A stretch of 54,706 nucleotides of DNA, the filler included, from Sphacelaria rigidula (Eukaryota): NCBI GenBank assembly GCA_964200075.2. It is 4 parts of 4 records of this genome, joined end to end, with 100 filler letters (N's around TTAATTAATTAA, not from the genome) between each part and the next. Parts side by side here need not be neighbours in the genome. Positions count along the whole stretch, not along the records: positions 13,704 to 27,305 come from CAXNAA020002773.1; positions 27,406 to 41,006 come from CAXNAA020002774.1; 2 more parts are not named here. The stretch is one strand, 5' to 3'. The notes below the pieces were generated by a model, which made no database searches, was not told the origin of the DNA, and saw only the letters and a list, made by a program, of their open reading frames with translations. How positions within the stretch are numbered: the first letter of the stretch is position 1; every line of letters starts with the position of its first letter. Positions 20,512 to 32,198 of this stretch are shown here, piece by piece. Position numbers and translations under genes: made by a program.

Positions 20512-23063
20512 GCGACAGATTTGAGCAACGGCGACATGAAATGGGGGGGGTGATTCTCGAGTTTCCGGCCACTGAATGTGCTGGCGGCCACCGGAACAGG
20601 ACCCAGTGCTAGGGGTGGTGGTGGAGTAAGGATGGAACATGACCGACGGTGATGGACAAAATGGAACACGACCTCAAGCCGTAGGGGGCTTATCCGTTGA
20701 CGTGCCGTGCATGTCCCCTATCGTGTAGTGTGTACATGTACAGTGTGCTTTATGGGGTCTCTGGAGGTAGCCCGTGGAGGTTGCGCTAGGGTACTGTGAG
20801 CGGTAAGCAGGACAGCTTTTCTCTTCTCGCCTTGACTGGGGAAAGAGTGGCCGATAAATTCGCGACTTCGTTTGGGCTTGGATATGATGGATATATTGGG
20901 GGTACGTGCCTAACGGTACCCAGGGTGAGTCACGAGTCGAGAAAACGGGTCCTCCGTCCAAGGTTTGCGTTGGTGGAATGAAAACCGTTCGTGACGGCTT
21001 TGGAGCGCAGATATGGACGTATCGGCGCGGGAAGGGTTGAGGGAATTGTTGTAACTGGCTCAGTTTGTCGGTGAAGCGCTCTTGTCGAAAATGTCGTCGT
21101 TTGGTGCGTTTCCACTGACGCTGATGTTGTATGTCAACGTTTATGTGTAGTCGTGTTGTTTTTGCTGGCGGGGACAGAGTAGATGTGATTTCGTTTCAGT
21201 TTGGAGTAGATGCACAAGACACGAGAAAGCTGGTAAAGGCCGTTTGTTGATACGATGCTGCAAGTTGTCGAGTCATGGTTGCGACTTTGTTCTAGGCTGC
21301 CACTTGTACTGTACTGTACATGTCTATGTGTATTTTGATGTTACCGCGTTTTTATTCAATCAGGACGCGAAGATAATCTTCACACAGCCACTGCTTCATG
21401 GGGGGTGGGAATGCGGTGCACAGTAGCATGCACGACACAGCCTCTCGTACACTAAATCACTATGTTGTATCTCGATGATGCAGGTCAAACCTTTAACACT
21501 TCACGTGGGCATTGCCCATCGAGGCAAGGAATGCTGAAGATCATGTTGTTTTTTGTCTTGTTTTTGCGCCATTCTCCTTGTGGTAAGCTGTGTCGGTTGG
21601 CTATCGCACGGGTCGGCGCTTGTAGTACAGTGCAAAGTACCACTGGAGGAGGTGAACACTGCCTCACCATTTAGCATTGGTTGCAGTTTTCAGCTTTTAT
21701 TCGCTTTTTCTTTTCTTGTGCCATCTGCACCATTACAGTCCAGCTCAAACGGTTTTACCCCCTACAATTGGGCTAGTTGCTTCAAATCGATTCGGAATAG
21801 GCGATGCGCGTTAGTCTTTCGCCCGCGGCCGAGGTGTATCTCGCATCAAGTGCTTGGCATCTTCAAGAATTATAAATTAATCAAAGCGGCCCTGACACGT
21901 GCGTTGGCAAGTAAGGGGCCAAGTACATATTCTTTTGATCGTGAATATACGGTACATTTTACGCTTGGAATTCAGTGTTGAAGGTCTTCACATCTATGAT
22001 TCCAATGATTCCAATCGTTGGATGGATACATACGAAAGTGTCCTGTACAGGTTCTAATAAAAAGGTGTTGCAAGGCATAGGAGAGTGCCGTGTTCGGGAT
22101 GATGGTGGAGCAACAGCAATAGCAATAGCGCGAGGGGGTCTCGAGCATGGTTATAAGTTGGTAGAGCAGGAGGGTGCTGGATAATATTGAAGATATTTTG
22201 TTTTAGTTTTAGTTTTAGTTTTATTTCGCGTCTCGATCCTTTCGTTCTGACTTTTGTCGCAAAGATGGTACTGTCGTTGCTGCGCGAAAGGCGTTCGAGG
22301 AAATGTGCAGCTGTTCTCAATACACATGTATCGTGTCAACACTACGACCGACTCTACCTACAAGCGTGGATCTGCATCATATCGGCGCGGAACCATCAGG
22401 GAGTGTCGTTAGACGGCTTGATGCGCCGAGCTGCTTTGGCTGTTTTCTCGTATGCGCATCAAGAGCATATATGCCAGCGTTTTTGAGCCTTTGTCAAGGC
22501 GTTTGCTGGGCTGGGAAGGAGTGCCTTTTGCCTTGGTATGTGTTGACTGGTTTCCTGCCATGTTGTGCCGTGGTTGCGGATTTGTGAAGTATGAAAGATA
22601 CTAGGGGTACGGTACATACAGTGCAGCACAGAAGGGCTGGGGCTTGTGCAACGAGCAGAAGCCAGAAAAGAGTTTTCTGTTGATAGTTACATGACGTGGA
22701 TAAGCTTGTGTGTTCATTTGGAAGGGATATCCTGCGCGGGTGTGACACTACGCGACAGGGTTGGTGGGAGCGGAGTGGGAATGACGGGGAAAAGCACAAG
22801 CCCTGCCGTTGTTGTACCTTATTTTGTTCGTTTTATTTACAATAACTTGGGACTGGTTGGTGAATCAACTATAATACAGTGAAGCTATATACTTGTTGTA
22901 TTCCTCTGGTGTCTTGTGTTGTTCTCCATGATATGTGGGTGTGGCTGTGTGGCTGTGGCTGTGGCTGTGATTCTCGTCTCGACGATTGGTGCGGCGCGCA
23001 TTGATTTTTGTGTTTTCAACTCTCACTTTTTTTCATTCTGGTCTTTGTCTTGATTTGGATAGT

Positions 23064-23091
23064 TGCGTGCGTGCGTGCGTGCGTGCGTGCG
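23064..23091. repeat. (GCGT)n microsatellite
   Basis: Directly visible. Confidence 0.9.
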
Positions 23092-24153
23092 AGTCTCGTG
23101 TCAGGTCGTTCTTGTGCAAAAGTTATCTTTTTGTCCATGTACAAGAGCTATAAATGTCTTCTTATCTTGTTCTATTTTTTTGTTTTTTCGCGGGGTGAAC
23201 TCTCGACTGCCGCGCTTTCATTTTTGACCACTGTATCTCAACAGACATGCATTTGTTCTGTAGGTCGTTTCCCACTGGGTGGGTGAAGGACGAAGGCCAA
23301 GGGAGAGTCGTTCTACCTCGGTATCATGCGGTCGTTGATGTTAGAAATGAATATTTTTGGGTGGCGTATGTAGAGTCAAAAGGTCGGAGCAAGCTTTGAC
23401 GTGAGAACGAAAGTATGTCACACCAACATTATCTAGCAACACTGGGTGCAGTACACAGTACAAATTCATGGGACAACTGTAGCAATTTATAAAAAGCGTC
23501 GATTGAAGGCCAGAGCTACCGCTGTGCGTTCAGGGAGGGCGTGAGAGGTGACCCAGGCACCCCCACGTAGTTGGATGCGTGTATTTCGCCTTGTAAAGTG
23601 TCTCATCTTCTGGTTTATGAAGAAAATCGTCCGAACGTTCGCAGAATTTCGTGGACGCAGCACGCTCTATAACAATGCCGTACGGTGTGCATGGTGTATG
23701 TAGTGTTTTTCACTTGAGTCAAGTGTCGCTCGTGCGCTGCGCAACGCAAAAAGAGGGATACAAGGCAGTAACTGTCATTGACGCAATAACCAATGCATGA
23801 ACAAGTTTTCATCATCTTGTCTGGGCATCAGGGAAGTGCTCGTCTTTCTGGCGTGCTATTATGGCGATGACACCGAGGCTAGGTACGAGTACCATGACTG
23901 CTGTCTTCAGCGGTCTTGTTTTTGTTGACAAGGCAATTTTTTGCATATGTTTTTTTTCGCTTTTTTCCCGATTCCTTCCTTTTGCTTCTCCCTGACTTGA
24001 ATTACTGGGGGAAAATGCCGACGTTACAATTTCCTAGAAATTTCTCAATTTCTTCCAAGATTTTTCCCTCCCCCGAAAATTTCGGAGATTTTCAGGGGAA
24101 ATACCAGTAGACACGTCAATACCGCAAGATCCCTACGAAACACGCGAGGGTAA

Positions 24154-24488
24154 GGCGGTGTCTTGCCAGAAGTCATCATTACTTTTCAAGAAATCACTCT
24201 TGTATGAAGCGACCGATGATTGGTTGATGCGATACCACCCCCCCCACCACCCCACCCTAAAAAAGTGTCGAAAAATTACTTTTGCAAAAGTGACTAGTGA
24301 CTTGTGACCTCGAACGGGAACATAAAATATCCCATTGACAGGGGCATAACCGAAGGATCGACAGACTAGTCAACACAATAAAAAGTGAACCTGAGAAAAT
24401 CATTGCCCTCCTTAACGAAAACGTACCTCTCTATTCATTGCTGCTCATCAGCTGAGCATACTGTGCGTCACCTTGCTCAAATCGGTTG
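24154..24488 (+). mobile_element. Left end of a family B (PIF/Harbinger-like) element
   Basis: Colinear with 44013-44330; begins GGCGGTGTCTT immediately after TAA. Confidence 0.8.
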
Positions 24489-24749
24489 AGAATAGATCGC
24501 TCTGCTTCGCATCACACTTCCAATTTTCCTATCCATTCTCACATTGGAATGGAATGGAAAAGGGACAGAAGAGGCCCACGCCCTCAATGAAGAAAAGCAA
24601 GAACGGCATACAAGCAGAAGAAGGGACGGAAAGAAAGTAAGGGCCATAGATTGACGATGACAATTCTTTCGCGCATCGCACCACGCAAATTCCAGACATT
24701 ATCGTTCTAGTCCGAGTGACGTCCTTCCACGTGCGCAATGGTGCGGGGG

Positions 24750-25600
24750 AAAGCGGAGCTGAGACCGGAGTCGTCGCTCGGCAAGTTCCCGCTAGGTTCT
24801 CTCGATCTATCCCTGGCCACTACTTGTAGATCTGTCTTGACGTACACGTACAACACGTGCCTGCAGGAATGCCAGTGGGCATCGAACGAGGCAAACGCGC
24901 TAGAGCCACCCCCAGTAGTGCAATCGTACTTGAGCCATTTCCACTGCAAACGGAACTGCGTGACGTAGTGGGCGCCCACCCAGACCAGATGAGTTACACT
25001 ACCGAGATCAAGAAGTAATCTACGCCTAAAGAGAGATTCTCGGACGCGTCGGGGGAAACGCCAACGACTGCGTCGACGGCAGCAGCACTCGACGAAATAA
25101 ATAGGCGGTCGGGGGCGTTGATAGCCGAGAAAGGCAGGAAATTCCAAAAATATACGTCCGATGGGATGATCCCGCATGAAGGACAAACTCCCGCCCCGGG
25201 GTACGACAAGTCAAGACAACTACCTCCCAACAATATATCAACCACGGCGGCTTGTGGAGTTATACTATTTCCGTGAGGAACCATGAAGATAGCTGGATCA
25301 CGCAACGCCGCAGATTGCTCGGGCGTTATCGTCGGCAGGCTATGGTCGTCTACGGAGCAAGTAGCGTGGCGCCTCCACGAGATCCCTACAGATTCTCGCC
25401 TAAGCAAAACCAGTTGGAGATTGCTGGCGCGTGTCCGGCCAGTTCGCTGGCACGTGACGCTTGCGTCTTTGGCAAATGGCTTCGAACACGCTCGCCGTGT
25501 CGCCTATTTGATCACTGCTTCCGGGTAAACCGTCGTCTAACACAACGGAGTCGCGCGCTTCCACCAGTTTCACCTGGTGAAGGTTAGTTGGCATTTTGGA
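24750..25600 (-). pseudogene. Frameshifted USP/peptidase C19-like remnant
   Basis: Adjacent frames join as ...VCPSCG...LSLGVDYFLISVV / THLVWVGAHYVTQFRLQWKWLKYDC...HVLYVYVK, resembling the USP His-box pattern Y.L.sVv.H.....HY......W..yD. Confidence 0.5.
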
Positions 25601-25928
25601 GAGTTAGACGATGAAAGAGAGCTACGTAGCCGAATCAGTCCCAGGGTGGTTGAATTCAGGGAGTGCGATTTAGTGAAAAATCTACCCGGCCAATCAGAAA
25701 CGGAGGATTCGTCCGGTCGGTCAGAATAGAACCGCAGAATTGCATAAGTCCATCTGCAGAAGGCCTTCGGTGCACCTATCCTAGCTCTGCTGCTTCTTTA
25801 GGATCAAGCACCTTTGATCCATCGACTCTGTGGGACTCTGAGGGCGTGTCTTAGCACTTTAGTTTTCGATCGAAAAATCGCGATCAAATTTGTTTCTGCC
25901 GATCTCATAGGCCCACCGCATTCACGTT

Positions 25929-26120
25929 CAAACAATGTTTTCGTGAGATTGAGAATTTACGATACGATTGAGAGTAGGCTCTTATGGCTTTCAGCGGCGG
26001 AGAGTGTCTGCATCATTAATGGACAAAACGCTTACCTCGCACATTGGTGCAAAATCCTGCCGGCAAACCTAACAGTGTTTCCGTGAAATCGAGCGTTGAG
26101 AGTACGATCGAGAGTGAGAT
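25929..26120 (+). mobile_element. Two partial family A MITE ends
   Basis: AACAATGTTTTCGTGAGATTGAGA near 25931 and AACAGTGTTTCCGTGAAATCGAG at 26071 resemble the family A TIR. Confidence 0.6.
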
Positions 26121-26129
26121 TTTATTCAT

Positions 26130-27050
26130 AACATGTCCGCTGCGCCGGTTCCGATGATGAGACGAAAAGTTTACATGTGTAGCATGTTGGAACATTCCTG
26201 CCACCCGTTGCCTGAATGGAATGGCAGAATAATGTTGGACAATGTTGCGCGCTGGCCCACAGGCGCGCATTTGTGGAAGAATGCACCGTTCAAGAGGTCT
26301 CCAAAGTAGTGAGTCGTGCGGTTCGAGTAAACGATACGATTTAGCCAGGTTGTGCCCGAATTCATTCGCAATTGCGGTTGATGCCACCATTCGTGTGGAC
26401 TTGGGGCTCGTGGATATCTTGAAATCACGTTTCTGTTCAAACATTTCGCCGCAGTTTCCGTCGTTGTTTTTGAAAGCGCAAGTCATCGCGTGTGATATGA
26501 CTGCTGATATCCCGCCTTTTCGTGCCGAGAAAAGTCGCAAAACGTGGTGGGACCCTGGATTCTGGTCCATCATCTCACCCTCGATGACAGTGGATCATAC
26601 CTAATTATCTTGCACGAAGCCAATGGAGCGCCTCCCGTCTATGAGCTGCAGAAAATCGATTTTGCCAGTGACTCTCGCCAACCGCATCGTATTTCCGAAA
26701 ATGCACTCGACACATGAGCCGACGGACTCATCAATAATAGCTCATGACCCATCAACACGGGAAAACAAATACTACCGCATCAACAAATCAGCTGCAAAAC
26801 ACCGGGAGCACTTGGAACTGGCTAACCAAAACAAAAACATCATGCTGTGCTGAACAGCAATCAACGGTACAACGAACACCGGATGCTGGATCTCGGTAGG
26901 CTCCAAGACCACCGCTCCTGCCCCACCTCACCCCATCCCTACTCTCCCCCTTGAGGGACAGTACGTGGCCTACACAAATCGCCGACTCTGCGCAATTTGA
27001 TGTCACACCGAGCGTCGACACATGGAAGAGATGCGTCTTGCACGTCTTTT
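26130..27050 (-). pseudogene. Possible decayed Mutator-like transposase C-terminus with a SWIM-like finger
   Basis: HLFHVSTLGVTSNCAES resembles the MULE T.N.aES motif; AMTCAFKNNDGNCGEM weakly resembles a degenerate SWIM finger. Multiple stops and frameshifts. Confidence 0.3.
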
Positions 27051-27305
27051 ACATGATCCTGCGAAAATGATTGATCGAGGGCAGCGGCGAAGGGTACGGG
27101 GGATCGCAGAGGTTAATAGGGCAGGTTACAATCGATAAATCGGGCGCTTCAGTATAGTTGGGCGAATTTCAACAACTCCAAATTAGAAACTGGCGCAAAC
27201 AGGACGTCCTTTTGTCCCGTGTGGGGATGATGCTTCCAAACGTATCCATTTACTTGGCACCACGCGAGGACGATACCGACACATTCAACACTAGGCGGGT
27301 ACTCA

Positions 27306-27405
27306 NNNNNNNNNNNNNNNNNNNNNNNNNNNNNNNNNNNNNNNNNNNNTTAATTAATTAANNNNNNNNNNNNNNNNNNNNNNNNNNNNNNNNNNNNNNN
27401 NNNNN
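27306..27405. other. Artificial contig spacer (N44-TTAATTAATTAA-N44)
   Basis: Same structure as 13604-13703. Confidence 0.98.
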
Positions 27406-27422
27406 CCCCCCCGATTCGCACC

Positions 27423-27487
27423 GCTCCGTCTCGAAAGGGATGCGTGGTCAATGGTCAAACGACTAAGGCAAGCAACAAATGAGTACG
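27423..27487 (+). mobile_element. 65-bp 5'-truncated retroposon insertion with a 17-bp target-site duplication
   Basis: CCCCCCCGATTCGCACC at 27406-27422 and 27488-27504 flanks a sequence also found, inverted, at 13538-13603. Confidence 0.8.
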
Positions 27488-28104
27488 CCCCCCCGATTCG
27501 CACCTCTAACTGTAGGTGCATCGCGACAGTACTCTATATTTCGATCTAAGGCGGGCAACGAATGTATTGTACGACTCCCTCCCTTGCGCTCCTCGACTAC
27601 AGAGACCGCTGGTTGCCAGCATGTGTCCAAACCTGCAGCGTGTGCTTGTTTTCACTCTTGGTCAGTAGTAGCGGGTAGACACGATTGCATGTTTGAGGTG
27701 TTTCCTCATGAAGGCAAACCGGTACGGTGCTGATTCATGCGCATCTCGTACTGTACCGTCCGTAACGTAACGATTGCCGTCGAGCAACAGGGAAACATAT
27801 CCTACAACCTGGATCAATCAAGCCTGCTCCTACCCAGGGCAAGCAAGGCGTCCTACGAGAGATCTGATGCTGCTGTAGGCTACCCTCAACGTCCTCTGTC
27901 TTGGGCAGGTTAGTTCCGTGATCGCGGAAGCCGTGCCGTTTACTCCGGCAGTGACCTGCGAGCTGGGCAACTGAATATGTTGTAGTTTGTGCAACGAAGA
28001 CCTTTTTGCGATTTGGTTTCGATACGATATACCAGCAACGACAGTAGAGCGTTGGGATACAATTTGTTCATGGTTGATATCACTTGATCCGAGTGTCAGC
28101 GACT

Positions 28105-28282
28105 ATAATCGGATCTTTAGTGGGGCTGACAGTCCCGTGTGCTCCTCCCGTGCTCAGAACGGATTTTCGTTCAAATCGGCGCCTGCAGCGCCAATTTAGC
28201 GTCCACCAAGGCCGCACTTTGCCTAGCGAACCCTATGTACCTCCCTTGCCCGACTGTTCAGGTATGCCTCGGGTTGGGGTTA
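28105..28282 (+). mobile_element. Family C repeat, partial copy
   Basis: Colinear with 48665-48845, including the GGCGCC hairpin. Confidence 0.8.
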
Positions 28283-28287
28283 CCTAC

Positions 28288-31200
28288 CTCAGCGATGAGG
28301 TCCACGAGACACCTTGTGGTAAAGGCGACCACATGTACATTTTTTCCTTGACGTAAGGAGGGAACCTGATCCAATACTTGCCAGCAAGCGGATTCGTAAG
28401 CCGATTACCCGAAGGCTGCCACCATACGCACCCCGTGACCCCACCAAAGGTCGGATGAACACGGAACAACCGAGAGCATAATGACAGGGTGCCTCCCGTA
28501 ACTTCCGTACTTCACGGGGTATTACACCCCCAGTGATACCATTTGTTACCTCGATTTTCTCGGAGAATAAGGTGCTCACGAGACCGACGAGATCATCAGC
28601 ACAAAAACGTTATCGAGAATTGTCCACGTCTAAGATGACTTTGCAATATTGAGTCTCTCCTCTCGAGCAAATCAAGCCTATGGTTGAAGAGTGGGCGTAT
28701 AATGGCGGGGCGTGAACGGGAAGTCGTGCTTGACCGAAGGCTAGATGCCTGTAACAATATCACAGCGCACGGTAGCAGCGCACCATGGCTGGAGGACACC
28801 ATTCGATTCCTCACCTTTGCCATCAGAATCAACTCAGATACCTGGGCAGCGCAAGCCCTCCGACAGCCCTGGCCACAACCCTTGCCTGTTGCGGTTGTGG
28901 ATGTACTTGTCTTCTCACCACATTAGAATGTCATTATGTCAAGTCCCGTCATCAAGGTCGCACACCCAGACATATTCCTAATCGTTTATTACTCCCTTCA
29001 GCCTCGTGAACATCTTCCAAACCAAATACGGTCACTTACTCATGTATTTATACTAAATTACAGTGTCAGCATACTCAGACGGCATTATGAGCGTGAAAAT
29101 GGCTCTGACTGATAAATGAGAAATGCGTCCTACCCAGTATAGTCATACCATATAACATGCAGTCATGCTTCGGTCATAATGTACAGGGCAGGCTCCCCGG
29201 TAGGCACTTCTTGGCAATCACTGTTTTGGCACGAGAAAAATCTTTGCATCCAGATGTTTGGAGGAATACTTTGTATAAAAACAGAAAATTTTATCAAAAT
29301 AGTGGCTTCTTTGTGCCCCGAGATATTTTATTGTCGGCTGCAGGGCTGAACGGAGGGCTAGTGTGAAGGAAATGTGACTGAGGAAAGGAGTTGCGAGTGG
29401 CAGGGCTGCAGAGTTGGGCGTCGCAGGGTCGCAGAGGTGAGGATCACCGGCGCTGTGGACTGATGGTGAGCTTCAGTGCGCTGTACGGAGCAGTATAGTG
29501 CAGTAAGCGTTATCAGGTGTAGTGTGGTGTTGTGTTTACAGTACAGTACAGTGCAGTAGAGCACAGTAGTGGTCCGGTCATCATGTCATTTGTGCTGATT
29601 CCGTTACACCGTCTGTGCGGTAGTAACAGGCGGAGTGATTTTGTCATGACACATTCAGTGGTCGGCCTACACCCTATTGCACATCTGTACTGTAGAGTAA
29701 CAAATGCTGACACGAACCTTAGGGTTAGATTGTCAAGATGTGTGTCTGTATGTGGCTGTGTACCAGTGATGAGCAGATCAGCCGCCGTTTCCAGGTACGA
29801 AAACAGTTCCGAAATAGCTTCTAGTATCTGTGCACGTTCCTTCCCACACAGGGGCGCCACGAGTACGAAAATATACGACCATAACGCTACTGTACAGTAG
29901 GATGTTTTACTGTACTCTACTGTTGTGCTGTTGCGGCAGTTAGCGTCCATCGTGCGACCACGGCTGGATCCCTGATGGGTCAGGCAAAGTGCGCCAATCA
30001 ATGAATCAATCAAGAGAGATTTTATGCCAGCCCCTTGGAAGTTTTTGCTTGGAGCACCCGCAAAAAGTCATCTGAACAAGAGTTCAACTAGCCTGCTTTA
30101 TTATCAGCCCTACTCATTGCATAATGCTCGTGTAAATATCCCACCGCACCTCTCAATCCCGACATTGGCTGTTTTCTATCGAAAGACGGCGCCAAAAGCT
30201 TACCTGGACGTCAGTGCGAGCTTGCCTGGACGCCAGTGCTTGTCAAAAGTTTTTTGGGTCCAACATTCTCGGGAAAAGCAGCCCCGCGTTCATGAACGCG
30301 GGAACCGACAACGAACGTATCACACATCGACAGATAGCCCGACTCCACAGCTTCATTGAATACGAGATGCTGTGATCGAGTGCGTTTGGTAGAGTACTGG
30401 TTGAGCATAGGTATTTATACAGAAGAGGCAATCGTATGGTCTCTATCTTTACGCCACAAAGTGTGCGGTTTCGACACTACTCGTGCTGTACACTTTCACC
30501 GAAACGGTCATTGCAACCTCATTTCTTGGCGGATGAAAGCCAAAAGAGGCACAGCGTAAAGCATGAGTGAGTAGGCGCTATCGTGCAAGCTATCGCGCAC
30601 TATTTTAAGGGCAGGGCAACTCTAATGGTCAGCGTCTGAACCCTTTCTGTCGGCTATGATTGGCCAGCTGTCGATCGCTACGAGGCCGAATTTAACATAT
30701 CTGAGGCGCTTTTGCTGCCGGTTCTGAACCCAAATGGAACATCAACGTCGAGCCTGATTGATTTTCTCTTTTGTTACAACACACCCGATTTGATGGAGGC
30801 CTGGTATACGGTGCGGAGATGCATCGACAATATAAGTGTGTGTGTGAGGGGAGGTGTACTCATGATCATGCATGCCATAGTCATGAGACCATTGACGTGT
30901 GAGGGGGTGTACTCATGATCATGCATGCCATAGTGTGTGAGGTGGGGGAACACAAGTTTCAAGCTACAATTTGTTATGAGAACCTATAACCTATGCACTG
31001 AAGGCTGGCTTCTGCGGGCGCTGTGTCGACGCTCTAGCTGTAGAGTTTGGGCTCGTGGACGCGCTGTAGTAGTGTGGAGCACACACAGGTTGCGTCCGGT
31101 CGACAGTGATTTGTCTTTGGATCCGGGTCAACTACAGCAAGGTCCCCATTGAATAGAGATAAAACAAGAATTTGTTGCCGGTCCCAATTTGTGAAAGTTG

Positions 31201-32198
31201 CTCTGGCGACAGAGTTCTAGAACCCCAGACACGTACGGGACGCGCTCCTCACGATATGTCTAACTCCCCCTTCACGATTGGCTCCCGGGTTGCTTGTCTT
31301 CGGTCATAATAAAAACGCAGCATCGCTTACCACAACAGAGAAAATGAGTTTTGTTACTACTGTACCATGTACTGTCCGTCTGGGAAACTATACGTGATCA
31401 TCCTTGTGTCGACAGCTCAGTTTCCGCTCAAACGGCCCTGTAGGCAGCAATTCAACTCGTGGCGGCATCACGGCACAAGTGTGACACGGGGGTATCGGCG
31501 CTCGAAGGCCTGGCAGCGCCGTCGAAGGCGAGAGTGTTGTTCCTTTACAATTACGTGGAGGCGGTTCACAGAATTTTCAGTTCCTAAAGTGGGGTTTGCA
31601 CTTGAAATGGTCAGGCTCCGTCGCGTGACACGTGCTGAGGTTAGAGGGGCACACATGCTTGGAAGAGAGATGTCCACATCACCACGAGAAAGTGGCGCTA
31701 CATACAACCTCACAGGCTGAGATGCCTGGATGGCGATGGATGGATGTCATTGCTAGGGAGGAAGCGGTTAATACACGAATTGTATCGCGGCTGAGGAATA
31801 CACGACAAAGTTGGCACTTTTTGCTTAGAGCCGCGCGCCTCGGCAGGGCTGGAATACCCGCGATCAATCCGTGAAGAATTCAAAATGCATTTTGTATTAT
31901 TCTGAAACAAACGTGAAACCAAGTGAAATGATAAAAAAAAACTCCGCACAAGGTCAATCACGCGATCATCGTAGAAAGCTCGAGATATTCACGTGGGAGC
32001 GTCCTGTACAAGAAATCCAGGTTGATTTCGATCGAAGAAGATAGCATCAACTTCCGCCGCCCGCCACGTGTGACTTTGGATGATATTCTTGTCCCCATCA
32101 CCTTGCCACACAGCTCTTTGTGGTCGAGGTGGGCCGCGATTCCCCTTTTTGTTGCAAGTTGTGAATTCTCCCCGAAGGACATGGGCTTTGCGGCGCAC
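28288..32198 (-). CDS. Candidate exons of a minus-strand gene divergent from eIF4E (product unknown)
   Basis: Open, splice-bounded segments 32102-32198 (CAAKPMSFGENSQLATKRGIAAHLDHKELCGK), 30226-30369 (HLVFNEAVESGYLSMCDTF..., GC donor), 28815-28885 and 28288-28365 (VPSLRQGKNVHVVAFTTRCLVDLIAE). The exon chain is incomplete. Confidence 0.3.
30843..30934. repeat. Short direct repeat (about 38 bp, two copies)
   Basis: GTGAGGGG(A)GGTGTACTCATGATCATGCATGCCATAGT occurs twice. Confidence 0.85.

Noticed and set aside
32102-32198. AlkB/2OG-Fe(II) oxygenase HxD motif (GIAAHLDH)
   Set aside because: No downstream SLSL strand, distal His or RxSxTxR motif was found in the candidate exons.
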